A DNA stretch of 64,000 nucleotides from a virus, in the IMG/VR virus record IMGVR_UViG_3300020048_003367, positions 37,863-101,862 of that record, one strand, 5' to 3'. The position numbers were made by a program, and so were the translations under genes. Of this stretch, positions 37,350-46,895 are shown in pieces; position 1 is the first letter of the stretch, and each line of letters opens with the position of its first letter. The notes under the pieces were generated by a model. That model worked only from the letters and a program-made list of their open reading frames with translations, was not told the origin of the DNA and made no database searches.

Positions 37350-37884
37350 CTTGAGCCTGTTCGTCGCTTTGTACTGCGTCTTTGTCTAGATCTTGCTCGT
37401 AGGCTTGATCCAGGTCATCAAGCTCAATGTCTTGATCTTCCATTTCGATACTGCCAGTGCGAATATCGTTCATCAAGGCCTTGGGCATGGTGATTGATAC
37501 CAGCCACACTTCCTTGGTGGTCAACTTGGCTTTTTTAGTGCCTGCACGGTAGTCACTAGGATCTGTAATTTTAACAGGGATTTGAATCTCTTTTTTCTGG
37601 TACTCAACTTCGCAGTCAAATGGTAACAGTCGTCGGCCGCCACGTGGGTCGGGCATCATTTTCAAAGGCCACATAAACACACAAGTCACACGGTATTTGC
37701 CAATTTCTGGGCCAGCTACCAGTTCACCCAGTTCCCAGTTGTTGAATGCGTAAAGATCAACTTCGTCCAGCACACGTTCAAAGTCCAAGAGTGTGGTAAT
37801 ACTACCATCACTCATGTAAATGTCACGGATGTTGTCGGCAACTTGCCAGTAATCTTCTTTATTTTTAAAGAGTTCTTTGTCCAT
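37318..37884 (-). CDS. hypothetical phage protein
   Basis: LLDFERVLDE...MPDPRGG; TAAATA 4 nt upstream. Confidence 0.65.
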   Translation of the reverse strand: MDKELFKNKEDYWQVADNIRDIYMSDGSITTLLDFERVLDEVDLYAFNNWELGELVAGPEIGKYRVTCVFMWPLKMMPDPRGGRRLLPFDCEVEYQKKEIQIPVKITDPSDYRAGTKKAKLTTKEVWLVSITMPKALMNDIRTGSIEMEDQDIELDDLDQAYEQDLDKDAVQSDEQAQDAQQSLQQPV

Positions 37885-38069
37885 GCTATATTTAGTCTTT
37901 GCGTGAGTAATAGTGTGCAACTCTATGCAATGCAGATTTCTAGCTGGATTGTGGTGTTTGCCGCCAGGTCAGTATTTAGCGACCTGGAACACCAATTTCA
38001 ATACTCACATATAGTTGTGTGCAGCACCGTAAATACCTGGTCCGAAAGGATCAACCAGGAGTACACACT

Positions 38070-38801
38070 TTGAGTAGAAACCGAGCAGCCAAGGCACAAG
38101 CAAAACGTATGAACACCGAGAACACTATCAGCTTTGACCAAGCCGCTAGACCACAGTCTAGACGCATTGATCTGATCCCTCGAACACGAAATCAAGAGCA
38201 GTTGGTAATGGCACTACAGGATTCAAGTCAGCACATTGTAGTCACAGCAGGACCAGCTGGTACAGGTAAAACATATCTGGCCATGCTAGCTGCCATCAAA
38301 GCACTAAAAGAAGGAGCATGCGAACGCATCATTATGACCCGCCCTGCAGTGGGCGTTGAAGGAGAACAACACGGATTCTTGCCCGGCAATTTAGTTGCCA
38401 AGATGGAACCATGGACTAGACCGTTGCTAGACGTACTACGTGAACACTATAGACCACAAGACATTGTGGCCATGATTGAAGACCAAGTCATTGAAATTGC
38501 GCCCCTGGCTTACATGCGCGGCAGGACATTCAAACACTCGTGGATCATCGCAGACGAAATGCAAAACGCAACTCCGGCACAGGTCAAGATGCTAATGACT
38601 CGTATTGGAGTCAACAGTAGAATTGTTATCACTGGAGACGTAGAACAAGCTGATCGCAGCAATGGCGACAACGGCTTGATGGATCTCTGTGATCGATTGC
38701 AAGCACACCCAGTTCGAGGAATTGCTATATGCCCTCTAGAAACCAGGGACGTACAGCGACACAAGATCATTGGTGATGTTCTCAAATTGTATTCAAAATA
38801 A
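38070..38801 (+). CDS. phoH: PhoH-like ATPase
   Basis: GPAGTGKT, GFLPG, YMRGRT, DEMQN, TGD..Q.D; TTG start with SD AGGAG. Confidence 0.95.
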   Translation: MSRNRAAKAQAKRMNTENTISFDQAARPQSRRIDLIPRTRNQEQLVMALQDSSQHIVVTAGPAGTGKTYLAMLAAIKALKEGACERIIMTRPAVGVEGEQHGFLPGNLVAKMEPWTRPLLDVLREHYRPQDIVAMIEDQVIEIAPLAYMRGRTFKHSWIIADEMQNATPAQVKMLMTRIGVNSRIVITGDVEQADRSNGDNGLMDLCDRLQAHPVRGIAICPLETRDVQRHKIIGDVLKLYSK

Positions 38802-38821
38802 GGAGGTGGAATAAATACGTT

Positions 38822-39541
38822 ATGATAAACGTTAAATGCATATTAATTGCCGGTTGTCCGGGGGCTAGATCTGATTTTGTCGCGGGCTGGCTTGGCACAT
38901 TAGACAATTTTGTCGACAACCAATGGGAAATTCATCCACTCACAGGCATGAGTTCAGGTCATCAACGTATCACCAAGATACTAGATAAACCAGAACATGT
39001 TACATTAGAAGATCGTTTGGCCCAAAATGATATGCAATTGGACGCTACCAGTGAACTCACATTTGCTGGTAGCGTACATGGATATAAATTTTATGTAGTT
39101 GGCAACGAGACTCGTTTACCGTGGAGAAATTACGGTAAAACATTCAACATCTTGTATATCCATGTGCCGGATGACAATCAAGAAATTATGGATAAAATTC
39201 GTTGGGAGTTTTTTTGCAAAAGCTATCTCAGCAAACAATATGATTGGGCAGATTTAATAAATGATCCCAATCTTGACATCTTGAAATTTTCTGAACAGGA
39301 ATTTTCTACATTCCATGAATTTAGTAATTTTGGAATCCCACGTAGCAAATCTGCCGATTACACCAAGTTGTTTACACCTGGCGGATCTGTCCATCTGTGC
39401 GATATCTTGGGCATTACTGCATCTGCCGAGAATCATGCGGCCTGGGACGAAGCCTTACCAAAAGCAGACAGTCCCGAAGAAGTTGCACAATTTGGAAAAT
39501 CATGGCGCAAAGCCGATCACATCACAGCAATTCGTTCATAA
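38822..39541 (+). CDS. hypothetical protein (sulfotransferase-like N-terminus)
   Basis: GCPGARSDF; TAAATA upstream. Confidence 0.5.
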   Translation: MINVKCILIAGCPGARSDFVAGWLGTLDNFVDNQWEIHPLTGMSSGHQRITKILDKPEHVTLEDRLAQNDMQLDATSELTFAGSVHGYKFYVVGNETRLPWRNYGKTFNILYIHVPDDNQEIMDKIRWEFFCKSYLSKQYDWADLINDPNLDILKFSEQEFSTFHEFSNFGIPRSKSADYTKLFTPGGSVHLCDILGITASAENHAAWDEALPKADSPEEVAQFGKSWRKADHITAIRS

Positions 39542-40152
39542 ATTTCTCGCCAATTTTTGACCACAGGATACGGACACTCATGATTCATGTTGTGTCCGTG
39601 TTCCATTAATATGCTACGCAAACCCATGTTGTGGCCAACTTCAGCATTTTCGGGCTTGTCTTCAACCCAGTGGCAAGCAGAATCACGATACTCTTCCAAT
39701 GCTGCATTTTTGTCAGCACCGGTATCCAAGCATACCACACGTTCGAATGCAGTTTCGCCAAACAGCTTTTTCAAGTTCATTTCGCGCAGTTTACCAGCAT
39801 TGGGATCTAGACTCAAGCTGGTGATGCAATGGAACACGTAACCGTGTTCTTCGTGCAGTCGTTTCACATAGTACACTGCGTCACGCAGAGCAGGCAAGAA
39901 TCCAATTGCAGCTGATTCGTTAAACAGCTTGATCAGTTTTTTGACTTGAGCAGCGTCGATACCGTATCGTGTGCCCATACTGTAATCAAACTGACTACCG
40001 GGCACAGTTTCAAAACCGTGTGTGTCCATCCAGATGTTAAAAGCATACTCCCAGTTCAGAAGTACACCATCTGCGTCAACTAGGATCAGCTTGTGTGGGT
40101 TGTACTTGTGATTCGACTGCAGGTTCTTCGGGTTTGACAATTTCGTATCCAT
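39517..40152 (-). CDS. HAD-superfamily 5'-nucleotidase-like protein
   Basis: DADGVL, ITS, K and VEDK motifs; start uncertain. Confidence 0.8.
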   Translation of the reverse strand: MDTKLSNPKNLQSNHKYNPHKLILVDADGVLLNWEYAFNIWMDTHGFETVPGSQFDYSMGTRYGIDAAQVKKLIKLFNESAAIGFLPALRDAVYYVKRLHEEHGYVFHCITSLSLDPNAGKLREMNLKKLFGETAFERVVCLDTGADKNAALEEYRDSACHWVEDKPENAEVGHNMGLRSILMEHGHNMNHECPYPVVKNWREIYERIAVM

Positions 40153-40393
40153 TTTCTTTAAACAGCCGTTCTATAGTGCTGGCATAATGTTGATGATAGT
40201 AACTAACAATACGATCCCAGTCACGTGGCACAACTGTACCGCTCATGCTACATTTTACTACAGACAAGGTTTTAAAGTCAAGTATTACATTGGCCGTTTG
40301 GATGTCACGTCGACGTAGATTGCGACTCACCTCCATTTGTTCGTCAATTTGCCCAGAGGGCTTGGTCACGTAGGTAAGTAGTAGGTATCTCAT
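40076..40393 (-). CDS. hypothetical protein
   Basis: MRYLLLTY...; overlaps the HAD gene. Confidence 0.6.
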   Translation of the reverse strand: MRYLLLTYVTKPSGQIDEQMEVSRNLRRRDIQTANVILDFKTLSVVKCSMSGTVVPRDWDRIVSYYHQHYASTIERLFKENGYEIVKPEEPAVESQVQPTQADPS

Positions 40394-40403
40394 ATTTCTC
40401 TTT

Positions 40404-41138
40404 ATGTTATTAACAATTGGCCCTGGCGGGTGTGGTTTCACTTTTTTAAATTGGTCAATTTCGTTTCTTCGCGGTGATTCTTTTTATCAGACACTGGATG
40501 GGGTCAAGCACGAAATCACATCAAATCCGTTATCGGGCACAATAGCACACAACTACATCAAAGATCACATACGCATCGAAGATTCAAAAAATCATTTTGT
40601 CTATGCAACAGAACAAAGTATTATCTATTCTACTCCCGGAAGCCAAAATGACTTTGAATACTTATTAACTCTTCCTGGCAAAAAAATTATTTTTGACACA
40701 ACTGATTATAGCAAAATCTTAATGGCAAGAGCAATGATACACATACCAAAAGCCAACAGTCCATATATTGCGTTGATTGATCAGCTTGGAAAAACACACG
40801 ACACTGAGTTGATTCAAGAAGTGATGCTAGAATGTCATAAATTCTTTATGCAATACTATAAATTACCATCAAACATCAACAACTTGTATGCAATCAACTA
40901 CAACATCTTGTTCAACAACCTTGATACAGAGATAACAAAAATATTTGCATACCTAGAACTCAAGATTGATCCTGCTAGATTGATAGTGTGGCAAGCTGTC
41001 TATTCTCAATATAAAAGTCTAAATCAACGAGATTACTGTGCAGAAGTAGTGCCACACCCGGGTGCTACTAATGTGCAAAAGTTTCAAGTACTCAAGGAAA
41101 TTTTAAAATGGAAAAATGGTTTGTGCCAGAACACATGA
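40404..41138 (+). CDS. hypothetical protein (sulfotransferase-like)
   Basis: GPGGCGFTFLNW N-terminal motif; AT-rich. Confidence 0.5.
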   Translation: MLLTIGPGGCGFTFLNWSISFLRGDSFYQTLDGVKHEITSNPLSGTIAHNYIKDHIRIEDSKNHFVYATEQSIIYSTPGSQNDFEYLLTLPGKKIIFDTTDYSKILMARAMIHIPKANSPYIALIDQLGKTHDTELIQEVMLECHKFFMQYYKLPSNINNLYAINYNILFNNLDTEITKIFAYLELKIDPARLIVWQAVYSQYKSLNQRDYCAEVVPHPGATNVQKFQVLKEILKWKNGLCQNT

Positions 41139-41758
41139 AGATCTTGGCCAACACAACTGTGCGTTGTTTTGGGTATGATCAGTCTAACACAGTAAATTAT
41201 CAATTTAACGAGTTGGGATTTAGAAACAATTACAATTCTGGTACTAGTATCAATATCATTGGTAATAGCGTTGCATTTGGAATTGGACTAGAGGAACAAC
41301 ACACCTTCGGACACTTGTTGTCTCAAAAAATAAATCTACCTTGCAACAATTTTAGCCTTGGTTGCTATTTTCACGAAAATCACGACCATCTTAACAATCT
41401 TAAGATTCTAAGCCAACGAGATACCGATGACATTTTTGTTGTTCAAATAAACAATCTTGATCGATATCGTGTTGACGATAACACAGTTATTACTGCGCCA
41501 CGCCCCGAGTTTGGGCGTAAACGTTTCTTGGAATACTTTGATCAGTTGTTGGAGTTGACTGCCGGTCGTCGCACAATGTTGCTGTACTGGGATGACCAAG
41601 AGCATAATTTACCAAAATCAATACTTGATCAGATATTGATTTTTAACAAATTTCACTTGGATCATTCTATCAACAGCAATACAGATACATTTGGACCGCG
41701 GTCACACAACGCAATCGCCAAGACACTAGCATCACTCTATCTGTCCAAGTTGAATTAA
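41108..41758 (+). CDS. SGNH-like hypothetical protein
   Basis: FNELGFR, GNSVAFGIG. Confidence 0.55.
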   Translation: MEKWFVPEHMKILANTTVRCFGYDQSNTVNYQFNELGFRNNYNSGTSINIIGNSVAFGIGLEEQHTFGHLLSQKINLPCNNFSLGCYFHENHDHLNNLKILSQRDTDDIFVVQINNLDRYRVDDNTVITAPRPEFGRKRFLEYFDQLLELTAGRRTMLLYWDDQEHNLPKSILDQILIFNKFHLDHSINSNTDTFGPRSHNAIAKTLASLYLSKLN

Positions 41759-42655
41759 GGTAGCACTCAAGTTAATTTCTACATCAGCCACGGCATTGTT
41801 ATTCACAAGACCGTTACGAATGATAATAATAGCTTGATCCTGCCGTTCCACAGTATCGCCCCATAGCTCTAGATTGTCATACATCCAACGAAACACATCT
41901 TCGGCTTCTTCCGGGCTAGAACTTTGACATAGTAGTGTTCTTGCTTCGCGGATCTTGCCACGTTTGAACAAGTCCACACATTCTAGTTTCCAGTCGCGAG
42001 CCGACTTGTCGCTTTCACTAGGCGGATTTAGTCGACCCGATTGTGAGTTAAGTTGCGTTAGGTTCAGGCATTTGCGTAGATCAGGATAAGTGGCCTTGAC
42101 GTAAGTGTCCAGCACATCAAGATCGAACTCTACATTTTCTGTTACCAATACAGTAGCTACCCTAGCAGTGAACTCTGTGTGATCAGTCTTGGTAATATGA
42201 AAACCTTGACAACGACTGTGCAATGGAGCAATAATCTTGTTGGGAAAGTTGCAGGTTAGAATAAAGCGCACACTTCCTGAATAATCTTCCATTAAGTTAC
42301 GCAATGCCGGCTGTACTGAATTGGGGTTCATGTAGTCTGCTTCGTCAATCAATACAACCTTGAACTTGCCAAACGGCATGGTTTGGCAAAAGCTAATTAG
42401 TTTGTCTACCCACTCTACCTTGCGAGCTTCTTTGGATCCGTTAGCATACATTACATCGTATTCGTCTACACCTAACTCATTGATCAACAGTTTAGCCAGA
42501 GTAGTTTTGCCTGTGCCTGCTGATCCACTCAGCATCAGGTGCGGAATTGATCCTTCCCGAATCCAGGTTTGTACCTGTTCTCGTTGTGCATCATCTACAA
42601 ATACATAACCGTCAACTGTTTTAGGACGATACTGTTCTACCCATAATTGTTTCAT
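41732..42655 (-). CDS. sliding clamp loader subunit (RFC/gp44-like)
   Basis: LWVEQYRP, GSAGTGKT, DEAD, SRC motifs. Confidence 0.93.
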   Translation of the reverse strand: MKQLWVEQYRPKTVDGYVFVDDAQREQVQTWIREGSIPHLMLSGSAGTGKTTLAKLLINELGVDEYDVMYANGSKEARKVEWVDKLISFCQTMPFGKFKVVLIDEADYMNPNSVQPALRNLMEDYSGSVRFILTCNFPNKIIAPLHSRCQGFHITKTDHTEFTARVATVLVTENVEFDLDVLDTYVKATYPDLRKCLNLTQLNSQSGRLNPPSESDKSARDWKLECVDLFKRGKIREARTLLCQSSSPEEAEDVFRWMYDNLELWGDTVERQDQAIIIIRNGLVNNNAVADVEINLSATLIQLGQIE

Positions 42656-42840
42656 ACGTTTCTCAATCCGATTCGGCTGTAGCCAAGTTTGTTTTTAATT
42701 TCTCGATGAGACTCATCAAGTTCTTTATTATACGCTGCAATCACCAACATAGCAAATTTTTCGGCATTATCTATACTCATCCATTTGCCGCTAGTGTCAG
42801 TGCCTGCTTGTTTCATTAGTTCTTGGATTTGTTCATTCAT
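42652..42840 (-). CDS. hypothetical protein
   Basis: MNEQIQELMKQAG...EKFA pattern. Confidence 0.55.
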   Translation of the reverse strand: MNEQIQELMKQAGTDTSGKWMSIDNAEKFAMLVIAAYNKELDESHREIKNKLGYSRIGLRNV

Positions 42841-42844
42841 GATT

Positions 42845-43039
42845 TCAGGTGCGGCCAGCTGGCAACTTGGTAGTGCCAAATTGTTTTTCAAATGATGACT
42901 GAATGTTTTGCATGTCTTCGGGCAAAGGAGGTGGTACCCAGCGAGGTTTTGATTCTTTTTTGCCAAAAATTCCTTCGTGTCTGGCTGCGATTTCTTCTTG
43001 CGAAATCACACTTGGACGAGGTCTTGTGCCTTTGCTCAT
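42845..43039 (-). CDS. hypothetical protein
   Basis: MSKGTRPRP; SD GGAG upstream. Confidence 0.55.
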   Translation of the reverse strand: MSKGTRPRPSVISQEEIAARHEGIFGKKESKPRWVPPPLPEDMQNIQSSFEKQFGTTKLPAGRT

Positions 43040-43144
43040 TTTTTATTTCTCCACAATTGCTTGATTTGATCCCATAAACTGGGATGCATGGGACACCTGC
43101 CCTGACGATAATCACAGGCAGATGTATACTCTTGATTACAAGTT

Positions 43145-43384
43145 TTACACTTTTTTGTCATTCAGCGCTTTCCAAACAAGTTGTTTGTTGTGCTCTTCCA
43201 AAAACTCTGCTTCGGGTGCATAAGTTGGACACTTGGTTAGCATCTCGTCTAATGCAAATTTTACACGATATAAGTCTTGTTTACAACCCCAAGTGACAAA
43301 ACCGTCCATTCTTGGGTCAGTAGTTGCAAAATAGATTTTTTGCAGATCATTTATGATATGGTCTGCGTTCCAATTGCGTATCAA
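43145..43384 (-). CDS. hypothetical protein
   Basis: 79 aa, coupled to the groES stop. Confidence 0.6.
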   Translation of the reverse strand: MIRNWNADHIINDLQKIYFATTDPRMDGFVTWGCKQDLYRVKFALDEMLTKCPTYAPEAEFLEEHNKQLVWKALNDKKV

Positions 43385-43782
43385 TTGTGCTGCATCCAGT
43401 CAGGTTTAGCTTCAATATGAATTGCGTCAGAGAAGGTCACATCCTGTGGCATCTCATCAGACTCCAGCATTATGTCTTTGGGATCAACTCGTCGCAGAGT
43501 TTGCTGCCCAAACTCATCTTCAATTTCAAGGCCTCGGGTCCACCGACCGTGTTCTACACAAATCCATGTGCCTATTTTGATAGCATGTTGATCTGGACCA
43601 ACTGCATATACCTTGCCCCATCTTGGGCGGATACCTGAACTTTTGCCATTGTCTTTGACTAACACAATGCCACCCGAGCTCAATCGCTCTTCAAAATTCA
43701 TGTCGCTAACAATTACAGCGTCATGGAGGGGTTTTAGTTGGTTGCGATCGATCCGATGCGCCGAGAATGCTGCTTTGATCAT
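43381..43782 (-). CDS. groES: co-chaperonin GroES-like protein
   Basis: LKPLHDAVIV, SGGIVL, GKVYAVGP. Confidence 0.8.
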   Translation of the reverse strand: MIKAAFSAHRIDRNQLKPLHDAVIVSDMNFEERLSSGGIVLVKDNGKSSGIRPRWGKVYAVGPDQHAIKIGTWICVEHGRWTRGLEIEDEFGQQTLRRVDPKDIMLESDEMPQDVTFSDAIHIEAKPDWMQHN

Positions 43783-43976
43783 TTTTTTACTTGGTTGTTA
43801 TAAACTTGCTTGGCTTGCTGAGTTTTGCTACTGATTACACTGCCTTTGTCATCAATTACATCGCCCCGAGCATTCACTTTCATGTTACCAACTGCACGTA
43901 CTCGCTCGTTCTTGAGACGCAGTGCGCCCATGTCAACTTGTTTGCCATTAGCAGTGTTGTAAACTTGTTTGGTCAT
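43779..43976 (-). CDS. hypothetical protein
   Basis: TANGKQVDM...AVGNMKVNARGD; SD AGGAG. Confidence 0.6.
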   Translation of the reverse strand: MTKQVYNTANGKQVDMGALRLKNERVRAVGNMKVNARGDVIDDKGSVISSKTQQAKQVYNNQVKK

Positions 43977-43997
43977 AATATTCTCCTAAAACTTTAT

Positions 43998-44516
43998 TTA
44001 ACGCAGGAATTCTGCTGGATCTAATTCGTAGAACAGGCTGTCAATTCTATGTACACCTAGTTTGAACAGCACATAACTGGCCACGCTTGATCCACGCCCC
44101 ACCCCCCAGATCAAACGATTTTTTTGCATAACATCTACTAGATATTTGAGATATCGCAGCAGGTCAAATAAGTTACGCTCTTGAAACAATAGTAGTTCTT
44201 GTCCGCACCGTTGTAATTCAGCGTCATTTTGGCAAAGATCTAGCACCAGCCAGGCAATATCTAGCTCCTTGTATTCCTGTGGCATGTACCAATTGGCCTG
44301 ACAACGGTGATCCCATTCTTCGATTGTTTGTTGTTGAGTCAGTTCATCGTATCTGATAAAGGCGGGCACATTGTCAAGTATATGTGCTGCTGTTTCTAGA
44401 TCAACTGTACTATCGACCAAGAGCCGGTGCAACATACCAAGATCATGCCCTTGGAGATACAGGTTGATTAGATCATCTTCATTAAAGATTATCTGCCCAT
44501 AGGTGTCAGTTTTCAT
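43998..44516 (-). CDS. DNA polymerase III alpha (DnaE) fragment-like protein
   Basis: R...EL...YLVD...WGVGRGSSVASYVLFKLG.HRID motif. Confidence 0.8.
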   Translation of the reverse strand: MKTDTYGQIIFNEDDLINLYLQGHDLGMLHRLLVDSTVDLETAAHILDNVPAFIRYDELTQQQTIEEWDHRCQANWYMPQEYKELDIAWLVLDLCQNDAELQRCGQELLLFQERNLFDLLRYLKYLVDVMQKNRLIWGVGRGSSVASYVLFKLGVHRIDSLFYELDPAEFLR

Positions 44517-45106
44517 TTCTTTGGAAAGTTAGCGTAAACTACAGAATGTTCTTTGGTGGTACTGGATTCATCTGGCCACATCAAGTCGTAATCAATCCAG
44601 GCGTTAGGGCGTACTTCGACTACTTTAGCGTCTGTACCGAACATGCTCAATGAGTCGTGTTGCACTGTTGGCAAGTTCCACCAACCATCAACTGCATATG
44701 GGCCCATACTGTCTTCATCGTCGTGTTGGTACCAAACATCATCTCCCAGCGAGCTGCTGATGTCAAGACTTACTACAGTCATAACACCTTCCATGATAGC
44801 ATTTAGTTTTGAGTATAGCATCATACCTACAATCTGGTCTACTGGTTCTTCGGGCAAGGTTACAATATTTGTTCCTAGCATTTGCAGTACCTCGGCTACG
44901 TCCATTCGGTCTTGGTGGATGTACACTGCGTTGGCCAATTCACTATATACAAAGGCCTTGAGTCGCTCCATGGCTACGTTGATCTTGACAGTATTTTTTG
45001 TATTGGTTACTAGGCCTAGATTTACCTGATACGAGTTGAGCTGCAATTCATCAGCAAAGTACACTGCACCAAGAAATTCTAAATTGGATTGAAGTCTAAC
45101 GTTCAT
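44513..45106 (-). CDS. hypothetical protein
   Basis: 197 aa, translationally coupled. Confidence 0.6.
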   Translation of the reverse strand: MNVRLQSNLEFLGAVYFADELQLNSYQVNLGLVTNTKNTVKINVAMERLKAFVYSELANAVYIHQDRMDVAEVLQMLGTNIVTLPEEPVDQIVGMMLYSKLNAIMEGVMTVVSLDISSSLGDDVWYQHDDEDSMGPYAVDGWWNLPTVQHDSLSMFGTDAKVVEVRPNAWIDYDLMWPDESSTTKEHSVVYANFPKK

Positions 45107-45342
45107 TGAATATCAATCTTGGAGGTGTCAACTTTGGCGTCAGCTAAATCTTTCTTGTAGCTGGCCTGAAGTTTTTCGTTGTATTTGTTTTGATAGCTCT
45201 CAATAGCCATGCGAATCTGGTTACAAAGATGGGCGTTGCCGGTTCGTTGAGCGATGCCCAATTTTTTCTGCAACTCGCCCATTTTGGTACCAAGTTCTTC
45301 AACTGTTAAAGCGTCGAGACTGTCAATTAAAGGATGTTCCAT
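45103..45342 (-). CDS. hypothetical coiled-coil protein
   Basis: 79 aa directly downstream of a promoter. Confidence 0.6.
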   Translation of the reverse strand: MEHPLIDSLDALTVEELGTKMGELQKKLGIAQRTGNAHLCNQIRMAIESYQNKYNEKLQASYKKDLADAKVDTSKIDIQ

Positions 45343-45347
45343 AGCTT

Positions 45348-45376
45348 ATTATACAAGCAAATCATCCCGGAGTCAA
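45348..45376 (-). promoter_or_regulatory. sigma70 promoter
   Basis: TTGACT-N17-TATAAT; ATG 5 nt downstream. Confidence 0.8.
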
Positions 45377-45385
45377 CAAATCTGG

Positions 45386-46882
45386 TTAACTCCAATTACC
45401 CACTGTGGTTACTGATCCAGTGCCCATAGGGATCAATCGGAAGTAACTGTTGGCCAACACTATTGGTGCCGATCCCGGTGTGCCAGAGAATTGAATCTGT
45501 GGAGTCAATGTACCACTAGTATTAGTACGTAAAATTCCGCGTAAGCTCAATACAAAGTTTGTTGCTGCCCCGCCCGGTGCTGCGTCAGTAACAGTTGTGG
45601 CTGTAACGGCACCACTTTGAGCTACTTTAGCAGTTAGCACCGCAGCTGACAACCCTGCTGTGCTTTCAACGTGATAGCGTATACCAGTTAGAGTGCCGCT
45701 CAATGCAAACAAGGTCGCTAGTGATACAGCATTAAAATTGATAGAAGGCGCGATATAATACACTGCTTCAAATGCATAAGTGGTATTAGATGTTACAGTA
45801 ATGGCACCGGCGCTAGGTATATTAAATACCTTTTGAGCTGATGCTGAATCATTAGCAGTATAGTTTGAGCTTAAAATTACAAAATGTTCAACTGGCAATA
45901 AACCACGTTGGCTTGCAGCTGGTGAACCATAAAAAACAGTGCCATCGTACTCCATTGCTCCCGAAGCCGCAACTGATGTATTAGTCCCTGCTGTGAATAC
46001 CACAGGTGCTAGACTAGCTGATCCTGAACTAGGTCGCACAAACCCAACAATGTTGCCACCAACTACGTTGCCGCCCGCCGACACTATGCCCAATGTAGTA
46101 ATATTGCCACCAACTACGTTGCCACCTGCTGATATTGTAGTAGCAGTTGTTACACTTCCGCTAGACACAGTACCTGTAGCACTAACACTACCTGCTGTGC
46201 GCAAATTGCCACCAACTACATTGCCAGCAGCAGAAATATTTCCAGTTGCAGTAACGTCATCTAAAATCAGATCAGCAGCATTAAAGTTGGTTAATCCACG
46301 ATTCAAATCAAACAAGGTAATTGTAGCACCTTGATCGTACGTGCCAAATGCAAATTCATAATAGCCAGTTGCGCCAAATGTGATAGTTCCAACCGCTGCA
46401 CCACTAGCTACATAACCTTGTATACCAGCAGTTCCTAGAATACTAGTTCCTGCGTTGATTGTAACTGTGTGTGCAATATTGGTGATATTGAGTTGTAGTT
46501 TTATATAACCATAAATGCCAGTTCCGGGAAAATTGGTAAAAGATAAATTAATATTACCACTTGTGGTTATTGTTTGGTAGTGACCAGTTGAATAATTAAC
46601 TGCAATAGATCCGCTAGTATTACTGATTGCCACTTTGGCTGCTGCAAAGTCTTGAATTTGGGCTGCAATCAACAATGCATCGTTAAAATTGTTGTCTAGA
46701 GTTGTGCCATCTAGTGCTGCCTTTAAAATTACTTTGTTTTGCAAATCAGTAATTTCGGCTGCGGCGTCTTGGAAGCTTACCTTGATGTTGGTAAAATTGT
46801 CACGAAAGCCTTGTGAATTGTTGTCCTGCCCAGCTACTGGGTAAGAGCCATCAATATTGTTGGGATTAATTAAGCTGGTCAT
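45386..46882 (-). CDS. tail/baseplate-associated fibre protein
   Basis: N-terminus YPVAGQDNNSQGFRDNF; GNVVGGN repeats. Confidence 0.7.
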   Translation of the reverse strand: MTSLINPNNIDGSYPVAGQDNNSQGFRDNFTNIKVSFQDAAAEITDLQNKVILKAALDGTTLDNNFNDALLIAAQIQDFAAAKVAISNTSGSIAVNYSTGHYQTITTSGNINLSFTNFPGTGIYGYIKLQLNITNIAHTVTINAGTSILGTAGIQGYVASGAAVGTITFGATGYYEFAFGTYDQGATITLFDLNRGLTNFNAADLILDDVTATGNISAAGNVVGGNLRTAGSVSATGTVSSGSVTTATTISAGGNVVGGNITTLGIVSAGGNVVGGNIVGFVRPSSGSASLAPVVFTAGTNTSVAASGAMEYDGTVFYGSPAASQRGLLPVEHFVILSSNYTANDSASAQKVFNIPSAGAITVTSNTTYAFEAVYYIAPSINFNAVSLATLFALSGTLTGIRYHVESTAGLSAAVLTAKVAQSGAVTATTVTDAAPGGAATNFVLSLRGILRTNTSGTLTPQIQFSGTPGSAPIVLANSYFRLIPMGTGSVTTVGNWS

Positions 46883-46895
46883 TGTTTATCCTTGG

